This document shows positions 18,234 to 28,280 of a stretch of 58,643 nt of DNA, in pieces. This stretch comes from a virus (Duplodnaviria; Caudoviricetes). Within the stretch, counting starts at the first letter, position 1. Each line of letters opens with the position of its first letter. The position numbers and the translations under genes are program-made. A model generated the notes under the pieces. It saw only the letters and a list, made by a program, of their open reading frames with translations, did no database searches and was not told where the DNA came from. Location of the stretch: IMG/VR virus record IMGVR_UViG_3300036798_000432, positions 1-58,643 of that record; one strand, 5' to 3'.

Positions 18234-19855
18234 ACCCGGCGGCGCTGGGACAAGCCCAGTCGCAAGCCAATATCACGACCGCGCAAAACCAGGCGCAGCT
18301 CAACAACATCAACACCTTTTCGCCGTTCGGCTCGTCGGTCTATACGCCGAGCATCGACCCGAACACCGGGCTGCCGTCCTCGTTCAAGGTCGATCAGAAC
18401 CTCAGCGCGCCGCTGCAGCAGCTGTTCAACACCCAGACCGGGCTGACCCAGCAATTGGTCAACCAGGGCCTTGGTCAGCTATTGCCGCAGGGGATGAACC
18501 TGACCGGTCTGGCGATGGACCCGCTGCAGCGGGCCGCGACCATGACCGGAGGGCTGCCGACCGGGCTCGATCTCTCCAACGTCCAGCCGGTCGCCAATCT
18601 GACGCCGGGCGCGTTTCAGACCACTGTCGCGACCGGCGCGGGCGGCCAACCCCTGCCGGGGGTGCAGACCGCAGCCGGCACCGGCCAACCGGTGCAAACC
18701 TCGGTCTCCAGCAATTTCCCGACCCTGATCAAGCAAGCGCAAGACGCCGCCTACCAGCAGCAGACGCAATATCTTGACCCGACTTTTACGCAAGGCCGCC
18801 AGCAGCTGACCCAGCAGCTCGCCGATCAGGGTCTGCAGCCTGGCACCGAAGCCTACGACCGGGCGATGGGCGACTTTAATCGCCAGCAGCAGATGGCCTA
18901 CCAGTCGGCCCAGACGTCCGCGGTGCAGGCCGGCAACGCCCAGGAACAGTCTCTCTTCGGCCAGTCGCTGGGCGCGGGCACCTTTGCCAACGCCGCGCAA
19001 GGGCAAATGTTTGGCCAGGCGCTGCAGGGCGGGCAATTCGCCAACCAGGCGCAGCAGCAGATGTTCGGCCAGGGTTTCAACCAGGCCAACCTCTACAACC
19101 AGGCGGTATTGGGCAGCGCCAATCAAAACCTGCAGGCGATGCAGGGCAACCTGGCGCGCTCGCAAGCGATGTTCGGCGCCCCGTTCACCGCGGCCAATGC
19201 GCAGCTCGGGATCGGCCAGGGGCTCTTTGGCGCCGGCATGGGAACCATCCCGACGGTCTCCGGGCTCACCGGGATCGCGCCGACCTGGCCGCTCTCGATC
19301 CCGACCATGGGTGGTCAGCAGACCGTCGTGCCGCCGACCAATCTGGCCGCCACCATGGGGGCCGCGACCGGAGCGAACCAAGCGGCTTACGGTCAGGGCC
19401 AGCAAAACCTCAGCAATATGCTGGGCTTCGCCAATACCGGTTCGCAATTGCTGACCGGGCAGGGCCTCGGCGGGCTGGGTGGCGCCAGCGGATTGTTTGG
19501 TTCGGGCGGGTTGCTCGGTAGCGTTTTTGGTGGCGGCAGCACAGGTTTCTCCGCCGCAGGGGACCCACTCATCGCCGAGAGCGCGCTCGGGTCAGATTTT
19601 AGCGGCGGTGCAGCCGGCGTGGGCGGTATTCTCGGCGGGATCGCGAGCCTCTTTTCCGATCGCCGGCTGAAGACCGATGTCGAACGCATCGGAACGGCCG
19701 ACAATGATCTGCCGCTTTATATGTTTCGCTATCTCGGGGACCCCTCTCGCCGGGTCGGCGTGATGGCCGACGAGGTCGAGCAGGTGCACCCGGAGGCTGT
19801 CGGGGTCGACCCGAGCGGCTTCAAATTCGTCGATTATCGCAAAGCGTTAAAGTGA
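18179..19855 (+). CDS. DNA ejection/pilot protein with C-terminal S74-like domain
   Basis: MSKGGGSG start, NTFSPFGS, Gln/Gly-rich body, FSDRRLKTDVERIG...GVMADEVE...VDY. Confidence 0.8.
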   Translation: MSKGGGSGGGGGSTQPAVNPAALGQAQSQANITTAQNQAQLNNINTFSPFGSSVYTPSIDPNTGLPSSFKVDQNLSAPLQQLFNTQTGLTQQLVNQGLGQLLPQGMNLTGLAMDPLQRAATMTGGLPTGLDLSNVQPVANLTPGAFQTTVATGAGGQPLPGVQTAAGTGQPVQTSVSSNFPTLIKQAQDAAYQQQTQYLDPTFTQGRQQLTQQLADQGLQPGTEAYDRAMGDFNRQQQMAYQSAQTSAVQAGNAQEQSLFGQSLGAGTFANAAQGQMFGQALQGGQFANQAQQQMFGQGFNQANLYNQAVLGSANQNLQAMQGNLARSQAMFGAPFTAANAQLGIGQGLFGAGMGTIPTVSGLTGIAPTWPLSIPTMGGQQTVVPPTNLAATMGAATGANQAAYGQGQQNLSNMLGFANTGSQLLTGQGLGGLGGASGLFGSGGLLGSVFGGGSTGFSAAGDPLIAESALGSDFSGGAAGVGGILGGIASLFSDRRLKTDVERIGTADNDLPLYMFRYLGDPSRRVGVMADEVEQVHPEAVGVDPSGFKFVDYRKALK

Positions 19856-19865
19856 GGGATCGGGG

Positions 19866-20618
19866 ATGGCGGGTCTGATCGATATTCTCTCGGGGGGCGC
19901 GCCGACCGCAGCCGACGAGACTACCGGGGCGATCGCCGGCTCATTGGCCAGCGATCCGTCACGGCTCGCCTACAGCTCGGGCCCGGTCGGCCAGGCATTG
20001 GGGCAGATCAGCGGGGGGGTCTACCAGGCCCAGGCGCGCGACGCCGCCCAGCGCATCGCCGATGCGCACGCCGCGGCGATGCCGTCGTTGCTCGGCGCCT
20101 ACGCCAGCGACAATCCGTGGCAGGCGATCGCCAACGATCCAAATGCGCCGCCCTATGCCAAATGGATGATCGGTTCGCAGACGCCATTGCAGGTCGGGCA
20201 GACCAAGAACCAGCTCGCCAACGCCGGATTGACGCGGGCCGAGATCCCGGGGGTCGAGGCGGTCAGCAAGTTAAAGCAGGCCGGTGCCGCCGAATATGGC
20301 GCCGGGGGTCCTGGCGCCGGAGGTGCCGCGCCGCCGACTGGTGGCCTGGGCGGCGGGGTGGCGCCGGTGGCGGCTCCGCAGCAGCTCTCGCCCGAAGCGC
20401 AAGCCGCCCTGGCAATGCCACCCGGACCGGAGAAGCTGGCGGCACTCAAGGCGCTGCCGCCGGCCATGCAGACCCTCATTCGAGGACGGGCGCGCCGACC
20501 GGCTGGGGTAACAGCGCCCGGCGGGGCCCCAGCAGCCGCTCCTGCAGCAGCGACGCCGCCGGCATCCGTCCCCGCACCCAGTGGCGGGAACCCTGCGTTC
20601 GGCGGCGTTTCGATCTGA
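19866..20618 (+). CDS. Putative internal virion (ejection) protein
   Basis: Ala/Gly/Pro-rich. Lies between ejection genes. Confidence 0.65.
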   Translation: MAGLIDILSGGAPTAADETTGAIAGSLASDPSRLAYSSGPVGQALGQISGGVYQAQARDAAQRIADAHAAAMPSLLGAYASDNPWQAIANDPNAPPYAKWMIGSQTPLQVGQTKNQLANAGLTRAEIPGVEAVSKLKQAGAAEYGAGGPGAGGAAPPTGGLGGGVAPVAAPQQLSPEAQAALAMPPGPEKLAALKALPPAMQTLIRGRARRPAGVTAPGGAPAAAPAAATPPASVPAPSGGNPAFGGVSI

Positions 20619-20630
20619 GCGAGGTAGAGC

Positions 20631-23282
20631 GTGCCTGAGGCAGCAACCAGCGACGACGTCCTCGATCAAATCGCCAGCGGCGCGATGACCGTCGCGCCGC
20701 CGGCGCAGGCGCACGCTTCGCTCGGCACCGTGATCCCCTATCAGCCAACGGACGACTTCACCGCGACGACCGGGATCACGCCCGATCAATACGACATCTT
20801 TCGCGGCTATTTGGCCAAGCGCGAAAGCCAGAGCTATGGCGAGCCGCCGCACGGCACCGGCAGTGCCACGACCCCGACGGTCAGCGGCCGCTATCAGATG
20901 GGGCCCGGCGAGATCACCGCCGCCTCGGCCCGGCTCGGTATCCCCAACCCGACGACCGACCAGTTCCTCGCCGACCCGGAATTGCAAGAGCGGCTATTCG
21001 AGAACTACACGCTCGACCACCACAACCAGCTGATGCACAACCCGCAGTATGCCAATGGCGACGCCAACACCCGGATGGCTTTGCTCGCCGGCGCTCATCT
21101 CGGCGGTCCCGGGGCGATTAGCGCGTGGCAGCGCGGACAAGACCGTTACGATCTGCTGCCGTCGGGGAAGCCCGGCACCCATGTCAGCAATTACATCAAC
21201 GGCATGTATGGCGCACTGACCGGCGAGGCCGGTGGGGTCCAGCCGGGCGGGGTGCAGCTCGCCTCGGCGACCGGACCGGCGCCGCCGGGAGCGCCGCCGA
21301 CGGCGGCTTCGTTTGGTGGCGCTGATCCGCTCGAGGCGATTGCCAGTGGGCAGGCCTATGTCGGCTTGCCGGCCGGGATGACGGCAGACAAGGCGTTGCC
21401 GTCGATGGTGACTTCGGATCCTGAGACGCTCGGCATTCCGAAGGGAGCCGCGCCGCTGCTCGACCAGCAGCAATTGATGCGGAAAGCCCAGGGGCTGGCT
21501 CTCGCCGGGATGAACGTGCAGCCGATCATGTCGCAGATCGATCAGCTGCAGAAGGGCTACCAGCTCTATCAAATGCCCGACGGCACCACCGATTGGAAGG
21601 TCCAGCCGGGCGGCCTCGCCGATCCCAAGCGCTCCGAATACAACACGCTTCTGGCCGCACACGCACAGGCCACCGGCGAGCTCGTCACCGTCCACATCAA
21701 CACGCCCTATGGTCAGCAGGAACTGCAGGTTCCCAAGGATCAATATCTCGATTTACAGCACAAATTTCCGTCGCTGACCTTGGCTGGTGGCGCGCCCTTC
21801 CCGCAGGGAGCGACAGCGCCACCGCCGCCGACCGGAACGGTTCCGCCCGCGCCGGGCGCAACGGTTCCACCCGCACCAGGTATCGCACCGCTTGGTGCGC
21901 CGCCGGCCGCTCCTGGCGCGCCACCGGTTGCGCCGCCCGGTCCTGGTGTTGCGGGACCCGGACCTGGTGTTCCGGCACCCGGACCTGGTGTTCCGGCACC
22001 CGGACCTGGGGCGCCAAGCGCGCCGCCCGCAGATCCCTTCGCGCCGATCGTCGACCGCTCCGGGAACGAGGGTCCGGCGGTGATTTCGCCACCGGCGCCG
22101 GGCCCGGGGTTGCCGCAGGGTTATGTCGGGCAGCGCTCTCTGCCGCCGGGTGGTGAGGGCTTGGTCGAGGCGCAGATCGGCAGCGATCAAAAAAGCATCA
22201 ACGATCTGCAGGCGCAGGCGAAGGACGCGCAGCGGTTGCAGTCGACCACACAATCGGTTCTCGGTCTGCTCGACGGGGTCACGACTGGCAAGCTCGGGCC
22301 GCTTGCCGGGACAATCTCGGGTTGGCTCAAGGGGCTCGGGATGAGCGACGAAGCGGCCCAGAATTTGACTGGGACCTCAGCCCCCAATCGCGACGTCCTG
22401 ATCAAGTCGCTGTTACAGCAGGCAGCGGCACAGATGGCCGGGTCAGGGCAGGGGGTCGGTCTGTTCAATGAGTTTCTCAGCGCCTTGCCGTCGATCGAGA
22501 CCTCGAAAGACGCGATCAAGATGTTCGAGAATACGGTCAATATGCAGGCGCAGCGGACGATCGACAATCGCAATCAGGCACAAGACTACTACAACAAATC
22601 GAGCCGTGATTACCTGTCGCAGAAGACAATCGGGTACAACCCGTTGACCGCGTTCCAGACTCAGTTCGATAAGGAAAACCCCGAGACGAATTATTATCGC
22701 GCGGCGCAAATAATGAGCAGCCCGAACTTTGCCAAGGAAGGGCACCAGACCGCTGCTGATACCGGCACCACCGACCAGGTCCTAAAGCTGATCCCGCGCG
22801 GGACTACATTTATCGACGCGAACGGCGTTGCGATGCGGCGCAACGCCAAGGGGGGCATTGAGCCGGCGCCCGCGCCGAAGCCTGGTTCCGGGCCTCAGGC
22901 TGCTTCTCCGCCTGGCTCGGCGCCTGGTCCCCCTCCTGCTCCGGGTCCTGCCGCGGCACCGCCCGCGCCGGCGTCCGGCGGACCGTTGGCCGCGCCCGGA
23001 CTGCCGGGCTCTTCGGCGCCGGCCGGGCCGCCGGTGCCAGGCCTAACGCCGTCGACGATCCAGTCCCTCAGAGATTCGGGCATGACGGACGCCGATATCG
23101 CCCGCATCCAGGCCGCGCCGTCGAGTGTGCCGTCGTCGGGAACGACCCCGTCCGGCAGCCCCTATGCGACGGCGCCGATACCGCCGCCTCCGGGGGTCCC
23201 GCAAGGCTCGCGGGTGATCGGCACGCGTGGCGGCAAGCCGGTTTACCAAACCCCTGACGGCCGCCGTTTGATGGTGCAGTGA
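20631..23282 (+). CDS. Internal virion protein with lysozyme-like (transglycosylase) domain
   Basis: LAKRES...GRYQM...FLADPELQE...LLAGAHLGG. Pro-rich linkers. C-terminal GKPVYQTPDGRRLMVQ. Confidence 0.75.
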   Translation: MPEAATSDDVLDQIASGAMTVAPPAQAHASLGTVIPYQPTDDFTATTGITPDQYDIFRGYLAKRESQSYGEPPHGTGSATTPTVSGRYQMGPGEITAASARLGIPNPTTDQFLADPELQERLFENYTLDHHNQLMHNPQYANGDANTRMALLAGAHLGGPGAISAWQRGQDRYDLLPSGKPGTHVSNYINGMYGALTGEAGGVQPGGVQLASATGPAPPGAPPTAASFGGADPLEAIASGQAYVGLPAGMTADKALPSMVTSDPETLGIPKGAAPLLDQQQLMRKAQGLALAGMNVQPIMSQIDQLQKGYQLYQMPDGTTDWKVQPGGLADPKRSEYNTLLAAHAQATGELVTVHINTPYGQQELQVPKDQYLDLQHKFPSLTLAGGAPFPQGATAPPPPTGTVPPAPGATVPPAPGIAPLGAPPAAPGAPPVAPPGPGVAGPGPGVPAPGPGVPAPGPGAPSAPPADPFAPIVDRSGNEGPAVISPPAPGPGLPQGYVGQRSLPPGGEGLVEAQIGSDQKSINDLQAQAKDAQRLQSTTQSVLGLLDGVTTGKLGPLAGTISGWLKGLGMSDEAAQNLTGTSAPNRDVLIKSLLQQAAAQMAGSGQGVGLFNEFLSALPSIETSKDAIKMFENTVNMQAQRTIDNRNQAQDYYNKSSRDYLSQKTIGYNPLTAFQTQFDKENPETNYYRAAQIMSSPNFAKEGHQTAADTGTTDQVLKLIPRGTTFIDANGVAMRRNAKGGIEPAPAPKPGSGPQAASPPGSAPGPPPAPGPAAAPPAPASGGPLAAPGLPGSSAPAGPPVPGLTPSTIQSLRDSGMTDADIARIQAAPSSVPSSGTTPSGSPYATAPIPPPPGVPQGSRVIGTRGGKPVYQTPDGRRLMVQ
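21936..22009 (+). repeat. 21-bp tandem repeat (PGPGVPA), about 3.5 copies
   Basis: CCCGGACCTGGTGTTCCGGCA twice exactly, plus degenerate flanking copies. Confidence 0.9.
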
Positions 23283-23284
23283 TT

Positions 23285-24142
23285 ATGCCGATTGTTGAAC
23301 TGTCACCAGATGACCAGCTCGATACGCCGGGAGCCGCTCCGCCTCCGGCTACGCCCGCTCCTGCAGAGACGGCCGATCCCGGAATTGCCGCCTTGAGCCG
23401 GAGCGGGATACGGCCCGGTTATGGCCTCACCGACGCGGTGGCGCGCGGCTTGACTTTTGGGCTAAGCGATCCGGTCAGTGCAGCCGGTGCCGCGACCGCC
23501 GGCGGACTCCCCGGCCTCGGTGGCTGGTCCGAGCGCTATCAGCAAGCCTTGAGGCGCGAGCAGGACGCCGCCGCGCAATATCGAGCGGACTCGCCGATCC
23601 TCAGCCGAGCCGGGCCGCTGCTCGGCATGCTTGCAACCAGCGCGCCCGGTGCACTCAGCACGGCCGCGCGCGCCACGCCTAGCGTAGCGCGCCAAGTTGC
23701 TCAAGGCTTGACGTTTGGCGTTGGCACTGGGGCGGCCGAAGCGGTGCCGCAAGCGACCCAGGAACCGACCTGGGGAAGGGCCGCCACCGATGTCGGGTTG
23801 GGAGCCACTATCGGTGGCGCAGGAATGGGTGCGACAGCTCCGATCGGGGGCGTAGTGGGCGCCGGGATCCCGGCGGCGGTCAAGGCCGCGCCTCTGGCTA
23901 TCGGCGGCGCGATTGGTGAGCATTTCTTCCCAGGCATGGAGGGGCTCATCGGGTCGTTGATCGGCAAAGAGATGCTGGGCCCGGTCGCCAGAGCGGCGAC
24001 GCCGGCGGCTGAGGCGACCGGCCGATTTCTCCAAAGGTATCTGCCCGGTCCGGGTACACGCACCACGGCCGCGGTTCCGAGCTCGCTGATCCAATATCTG
24101 ATGCCGGGGCAGCCAACCGGCGGGGTGCAGCCGGCGCAATAA
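23285..24142 (+). CDS. Putative internal virion (ejection) protein
   Basis: ARGLTFGLSD motif and glycine-zipper-like hydrophobic helices. Confidence 0.7.
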   Translation: MPIVELSPDDQLDTPGAAPPPATPAPAETADPGIAALSRSGIRPGYGLTDAVARGLTFGLSDPVSAAGAATAGGLPGLGGWSERYQQALRREQDAAAQYRADSPILSRAGPLLGMLATSAPGALSTAARATPSVARQVAQGLTFGVGTGAAEAVPQATQEPTWGRAATDVGLGATIGGAGMGATAPIGGVVGAGIPAAVKAAPLAIGGAIGEHFFPGMEGLIGSLIGKEMLGPVARAATPAAEATGRFLQRYLPGPGTRTTAAVPSSLIQYLMPGQPTGGVQPAQ

Positions 24143-24152
24143 AAAAAACCGG

Positions 24153-24431
24153 TTACGGCAGTACTCGCCCGAAGCTTCTTTTTTTGAGCACAATCTTAAT
24201 GTCGCGTTCGTCGAGCTTGATCACATCACCGGCATAGGCGCGGGCCTCACGAATAAGCTCATCGAGCGTGAACGTAGCGCCCGGTTCAGTAGTCAGCGAC
24301 AAGGCAGCAAGCTCAAGCAGTGTGACGATAACACCAAGGTCTTTGGAGGATTTGGGGACATTTCTGAGGAGGGTAGGCCGCCCCGCATCATAAGAAAGCT
24401 CTTGTCGTCCCACGTCAACGTCATACGCCAT
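24153..24431 (-). CDS. Hypothetical protein, lower GC
   Basis: GGAGGAGG SD before ATG 24431. Convergent with the ejection operon. Confidence 0.7.
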   Translation of the reverse strand: MAYDVDVGRQELSYDAGRPTLLRNVPKSSKDLGVIVTLLELAALSLTTEPGATFTLDELIREARAYAGDVIKLDERDIKIVLKKRSFGRVLP

Positions 24432-24523
24432 ATCAGTCCTCCTCCAATGAGAGTGCCCCGACACTCTTGCGCCGCAACGGTGCTCAAGAAGGTCAGCGGC
24501 AGCCTCGTCCAGTTCCTTTAACC

Positions 24524-24748
24524 CTACCAGCCGAGAGAGCGGGCGCGTTCACAGATCACGAGCCCGGCAAGCGTCAGTTCGCGTGAGCTATTGGTCCAGG
24601 GTGTGACCAGCTTTTTGCGTTCAAGCGCGATCCCGGCATTCCCGCCGCTGATACCGTCGCCCCGCTTGATGCGGAACAATGTGGTCAGCTGCGCCTCGGT
24701 GATACCGACGTCCAGGGCGGCGACAATACTCTTGATCTTAAAGGTCAT
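24524..24748 (-). CDS. Small winged-helix-like hypothetical protein
   Basis: ITEAQ...L...ALERKKLV...LTLAG pattern. Confidence 0.55.
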   Translation of the reverse strand: MTFKIKSIVAALDVGITEAQLTTLFRIKRGDGISGGNAGIALERKKLVTPWTNSSRELTLAGLVICERARSLGW

Positions 24749-24774
24749 TGGATTTCCAGCGGTTTTCAGCAGTT

Positions 24775-25194
24775 TCAGACGAGGAGCAAGAGCAGGCCGT
24801 CGAGGATCAGCATCGCGGCGATTGAGAATGTGCCCCACGGTGGGAGCGCCGCTAGAAGCCGGAGGATCCATCCGCCGATCGTCGTCACGCCGCGGCTGAG
24901 AGCGAGCCATCTCACCAAGCGGAACAGGGCAGCCAGCAAGCGGGCCAGGGTCACCACCGAATAAAATAGGATGTAGCAGCCGCCGACGAGCGCCCCGATG
25001 GCGACCGCGATGATCAGCACCGGGACGATGAGGCCGGTAATGGTTGAAAACCCGCCACCGATTAGCGCAAAAGCGATCAGCGGGGTCCAGTCGCCCTGAG
25101 CGGCGCGGGCGCCGGCATAGACGCCGAGTGCGGTGTTGGCGACCTGCGAGCTGTCGAGGCCTTGATGATGGTGATGCTGATATTGGTCGTACAT
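24775..25194 (-). CDS. Membrane protein
   Basis: GGAGG SD and several hydrophobic helices. Confidence 0.7.
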   Translation of the reverse strand: MYDQYQHHHHQGLDSSQVANTALGVYAGARAAQGDWTPLIAFALIGGGFSTITGLIVPVLIIAVAIGALVGGCYILFYSVVTLARLLAALFRLVRWLALSRGVTTIGGWILRLLAALPPWGTFSIAAMLILDGLLLLLV

Positions 25195-25240
25195 GAGATC
25201 CTCCGTGGGGTGGCGGGAGTTCCAGGCCGCCGTCGTGCCC

Positions 25241-25302
25241 TATATATCGGGCGTCTCGCCCGAGATTTCAAGAGGAACACCCCGGCCGGGCATACTGCCC
25301 GA
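25241..25302 (-). promoter_or_regulatory. Sigma70-type promoter (TTGAAA...TATATA) with TCGGGC-N5-GCCCGA operators
   Basis: Palindrome at 25247-25263 in the spacer. A second copy at 25286-25302 has one mismatch. Confidence 0.65.
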
Positions 25303-25495
25303 GATTTCAGGTCTGAAAAACCCCTCCCGGTTCCTGGGGGGAATGAAACCGGGAGGGGCTCTACGCCGGCCGGGGGAGAGAAGGAGACCTCGGCCGGCGA
25401 TCCTTATGAGAAGAGCCAGATCATGACGACGACGGCGCAAATCCCGACCGCGGTGACCACACCGGTGAACGGGCTGCCGTGGCCTCTTGCGTGGG

Positions 25496-26263
25496 TCATC
25501 CGAGGATCAACACGCCGCGGCGGTTGTCGATCGTGTACGTCCCTAGTTGCCGCAGGAAATCCTGGCCGAGGAGAGGCACCGAAGAAATCGTCGCGGTGAG
25601 ACCGGAAACGGTGCGGCCGCCGACGGTGAGGCGGTCGAGCCTGACGGTTCCGACCTGTGACGCGTGGCCGTCGGCGTTGCTCATCGAAGCCATGCCGCGC
25701 CAATCAGCCTCGGTCAGCAGCCCCTGGTTCACCAGCTGCCGCGCCATCTCCTTGGTGATCTGCGTCGTGCCGGCGCCGGTATCGAGCATAAAGCGCGCGG
25801 GCAGACCATTGATCGAGGCGGTGAGCGCGTAGTGCTGGCCCATGACGTTGTCGAGCTTGACTTCGGTGGCGCCGTTCATCGGCGCGGCTGCCGGGGGCTC
25901 CCATCGTGGATTGGCATAGGCCGGGTTTTCGTAAGGCGGCGCCGGGGGTAGGTTTTCGTAAGACGCCGCCGGCAGGCCGCAGCTACTGACGATCTGCTGC
26001 GCCTGGGCGCGGGTGCCGGCGTCGTAACGCGGATTATTGAGAACCGCGAGCCATGACTGGCAGGCGGCGCTGTTGGGGGCGTAGGCGGGCTGAGGCGGAT
26101 AGTAGGCTGGCGGCGGCTGGTTGGCGTTGGCGACGGCGGCCCCAGCGATGATGCCGCCGATGATGCCGAGAGCGAGCCCGACACCGTTGCCGCGAGCCGC
26201 GGCGGGAACGGGCGCCAGGGCGACGGCGCCGACAAGCGCGATCGCGGTCAAGGTCTTGAACAT
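25496..26263 (-). CDS. Secreted retropepsin-like (clan AA) aspartyl protease
   Basis: Signal peptide; ASING...FMLDTGA...IT and LLGQDFL motifs. Confidence 0.9.
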   Translation of the reverse strand: MFKTLTAIALVGAVALAPVPAAARGNGVGLALGIIGGIIAGAAVANANQPPPAYYPPQPAYAPNSAACQSWLAVLNNPRYDAGTRAQAQQIVSSCGLPAASYENLPPAPPYENPAYANPRWEPPAAAPMNGATEVKLDNVMGQHYALTASINGLPARFMLDTGAGTTQITKEMARQLVNQGLLTEADWRGMASMSNADGHASQVGTVRLDRLTVGGRTVSGLTATISSVPLLGQDFLRQLGTYTIDNRRGVLILG

Positions 26264-26307
26264 TGAAAGTCTCCGTGGAGTTTAAAGGCGCTTCCAGGCG
26301 CCGGGAT

Positions 26308-26619
26308 TTATTGGCAGGACGAGAAGCCGCCACCCAGGCTAGTGCAGGTAAAGCTGTGGCCGTGCTCGTCATTGCACGAGCTCATGCCGCCACCGAGATC
26401 CATGCAGGTGGTCGTGTTGCTGCGGCCGGCGCTGTTGCTGCTGTTGCAGGTCCCAAAGCCGCCCCAGTCCTGACAGGTGGCGGTGCCGCCGCGATCGCTG
26501 GTCCACGAGCTCATACCGCCGCCGAGATCCATGCCGGTCCAATTGGTCTGGGCGTCAGCGGGAGCCGCTAGGGTGACGGCGAGGACGAGGGTGGCGGCTG
26601 TGGTTAGGGTCTTGAACAT
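26308..26619 (-). CDS. Small secreted Cys/Gly beta-hairpin repeat protein
   Basis: Signal peptide with the same MFKTLT start as the next gene. MDLGGGMSS twice, CQDWGGFGTC, CTSLGGGFSSC. Confidence 0.8.
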   Translation of the reverse strand: MFKTLTTAATLVLAVTLAAPADAQTNWTGMDLGGGMSSWTSDRGGTATCQDWGGFGTCNSSNSAGRSNTTTCMDLGGGMSSCNDEHGHSFTCTSLGGGFSSCQ

Positions 26620-26637
26620 TGGTGGGTTCTCCGTGGG

Positions 26638-26805
26638 TTAGGGCCAGGTGGAGACCTGGCCGGTCGGGCTGCGCAGAAAGATCTGCGCGCGAGGAAAGAG
26701 CCGGCGCGCCTCGGTGGCGAGCTCGCGGGCGTCGACGCGGCCGATTTGAGCGGCAAACAGCAGCCGCTTACCGTCGGCGGTGAAGATCGAGATGCCCCAT
26801 TTCAT
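26638..26805 (-). CDS. Small hypothetical protein, paralogue of 48900..49106
   Basis: MKWGISIF...LLFAAQ...ELA..AR....IFLRSPTG. Confidence 0.65.
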   Translation of the reverse strand: MKWGISIFTADGKRLLFAAQIGRVDARELATEARRLFPRAQIFLRSPTGQVSTWP

Positions 26806-26852
26806 GATGGCCGGCTCCGTGGAAAATGGCGGCGTTTCCAGACGTCGCCGCC

Positions 26853-26882
26853 CATATATCGGGCAGCCTGCCCGAACTTCAA
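26853..26882 (-). promoter_or_regulatory. Sigma70-type promoter (TTGAAG...TATATG) with TCGGGC-N5-GCCCGA operator
   Basis: Perfect palindrome at 26859-26875, with the same layout as 25241-25271. Confidence 0.65.
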
Positions 26883-27030
26883 GGGGTGTTAACATCGGTT
26901 AACTGTCACAAAAGCCGGATCTTCTGTCCCCATCGTATGACCGATGCCCGAAAAAACGGTTGCTATGTGTCGAAAAGTAGACATAATCCCGGCCGCCCAT
27001 GATCGGGCGTAACCAGAGAGGTACATTGCG

Positions 27031-28194
27031 ATGAGTTTGAAGAAAGCCGCCCAGGTCGGGCTGCTGCTCGGAACGGCGCTCGCTGTGGCGGGACCGGTCT
27101 CGGCGCAGGTCCGGCCGCTGCAATTGGGCGACGCCACCGAGGCGGGGAGCGTCATCGTCTTCCCGAAGTTCATCAACGGGACTGTCAGCCTGCCGGAAGG
27201 CACGGTGGCGCCGATCACCGAGCTCAACGTTGGCGTCGTCTGTCCAAAGGGCGTGACCTGCGCGGAGCATCAACCGGTCAAGATCCGGTTTCACTGGGTC
27301 TGCGGCACCACCGAAGCGAATGAAGCCGGGAGTTTTATTTGCCCGGAAGTCAACTTCGACGTGACCGCTACGGTGTGGGAGAAGATCGTCCTCGTCCCCG
27401 GGGGCAACTTCCCCAACATCTCGACCAAGGCCGTCCCACCGGCGCCTTGTCCGGCCGGGTATTTGATCGGCTGGGTGATCACCCCGTCGAGCGACACGCC
27501 GATCAAGTTCGACGCGCTGGTCGGCGACGCCGATCTGCGGCCGGGCACGGTCGTCGACGGAGCAGGGGCACCCAATCCCTTTGCCGGCAGCCCGCAGTCG
27601 TTTGCCAGCTATCAGGCGCTGCCGATCCAGGCCGACCCGGCGCTCCCGAGCGGCGCACCGGTGCAGACCAACTTGAACGGCGCCTTGCTGTTTGATGGTG
27701 CCGCAGGCCATTACCAGGCGGTTACCGGTCAGGTGATGGGCGATGTCAGGTACACCAACCTGACGACCGGCCCGACCTTCGCCCTGGGCGCGCTGACCCT
27801 CTTGACCTTGGACGTCAAGTCGAACCGGCCGAACAACGCGGTCTTTGTCGACCTCGACTTCTTTGGCGGCAACCCCAGCCTGATCGGCAACGAGAACCCA
27901 TTGTCGACCTCGACGGAGTTCATCTGTTGGGGCGAATTCCCGCTGTCGACGTTGGCGGGCGGGGACCTGACGACGGCGCTGATGGGCCGCAAGGGCGTCT
28001 TTCTCTCCGGCCAGGCGACCAAGGTGGGTCTTTTTGGTATCCAGGACGAGACCGGACCGACCTCGTTGATCGGCCTGGTCGAGACCTTTGAGGGTGGTGT
28101 GTTCCCGCCGGTGGGTCCGTGGCCACGGGTGTCGTTCAGCGGCTTGTTCAATTCGAGCGTGCCGTCGCCAACCCACTTCTTGCCGAGTCACTAA
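27031..28194 (+). CDS. Secreted beta-rich protein (host-like cargo)
   Basis: Signal peptide ending VSA-Q; GSVIVFPKF; several Cys; 387 aa. Confidence 0.8.
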   Translation: MSLKKAAQVGLLLGTALAVAGPVSAQVRPLQLGDATEAGSVIVFPKFINGTVSLPEGTVAPITELNVGVVCPKGVTCAEHQPVKIRFHWVCGTTEANEAGSFICPEVNFDVTATVWEKIVLVPGGNFPNISTKAVPPAPCPAGYLIGWVITPSSDTPIKFDALVGDADLRPGTVVDGAGAPNPFAGSPQSFASYQALPIQADPALPSGAPVQTNLNGALLFDGAAGHYQAVTGQVMGDVRYTNLTTGPTFALGALTLLTLDVKSNRPNNAVFVDLDFFGGNPSLIGNENPLSTSTEFICWGEFPLSTLAGGDLTTALMGRKGVFLSGQATKVGLFGIQDETGPTSLIGLVETFEGGVFPPVGPWPRVSFSGLFNSSVPSPTHFLPSH

Positions 28195-28216
28195 CAACAG
28201 GGTACTTCCGACGACC

Positions 28217-28255
28217 GAGGGGCGGCCTCTAGGGGCTGCCCCTCCTTCTCTCTTC
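28217..28255 (+). terminator. GC hairpin with pyrimidine tail
   Basis: GAGGGGCGGCC...GGCTGCCCCTC then CTTCTCTCTT. A similar hairpin lies at 29003-29033. Confidence 0.55.
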
Positions 28256-28280
28256 CCGCAGACCTTTAGAGGAGACCGAC

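Noticed and set aside
26889-26903. TTAA-CATCGG-TTAAC as a CtrA box
   Set aside because: The spacer is 6 nt, not the canonical 7. TTAT-N7-TTAG at 407-421 has two mismatches. Neither is enough to call.
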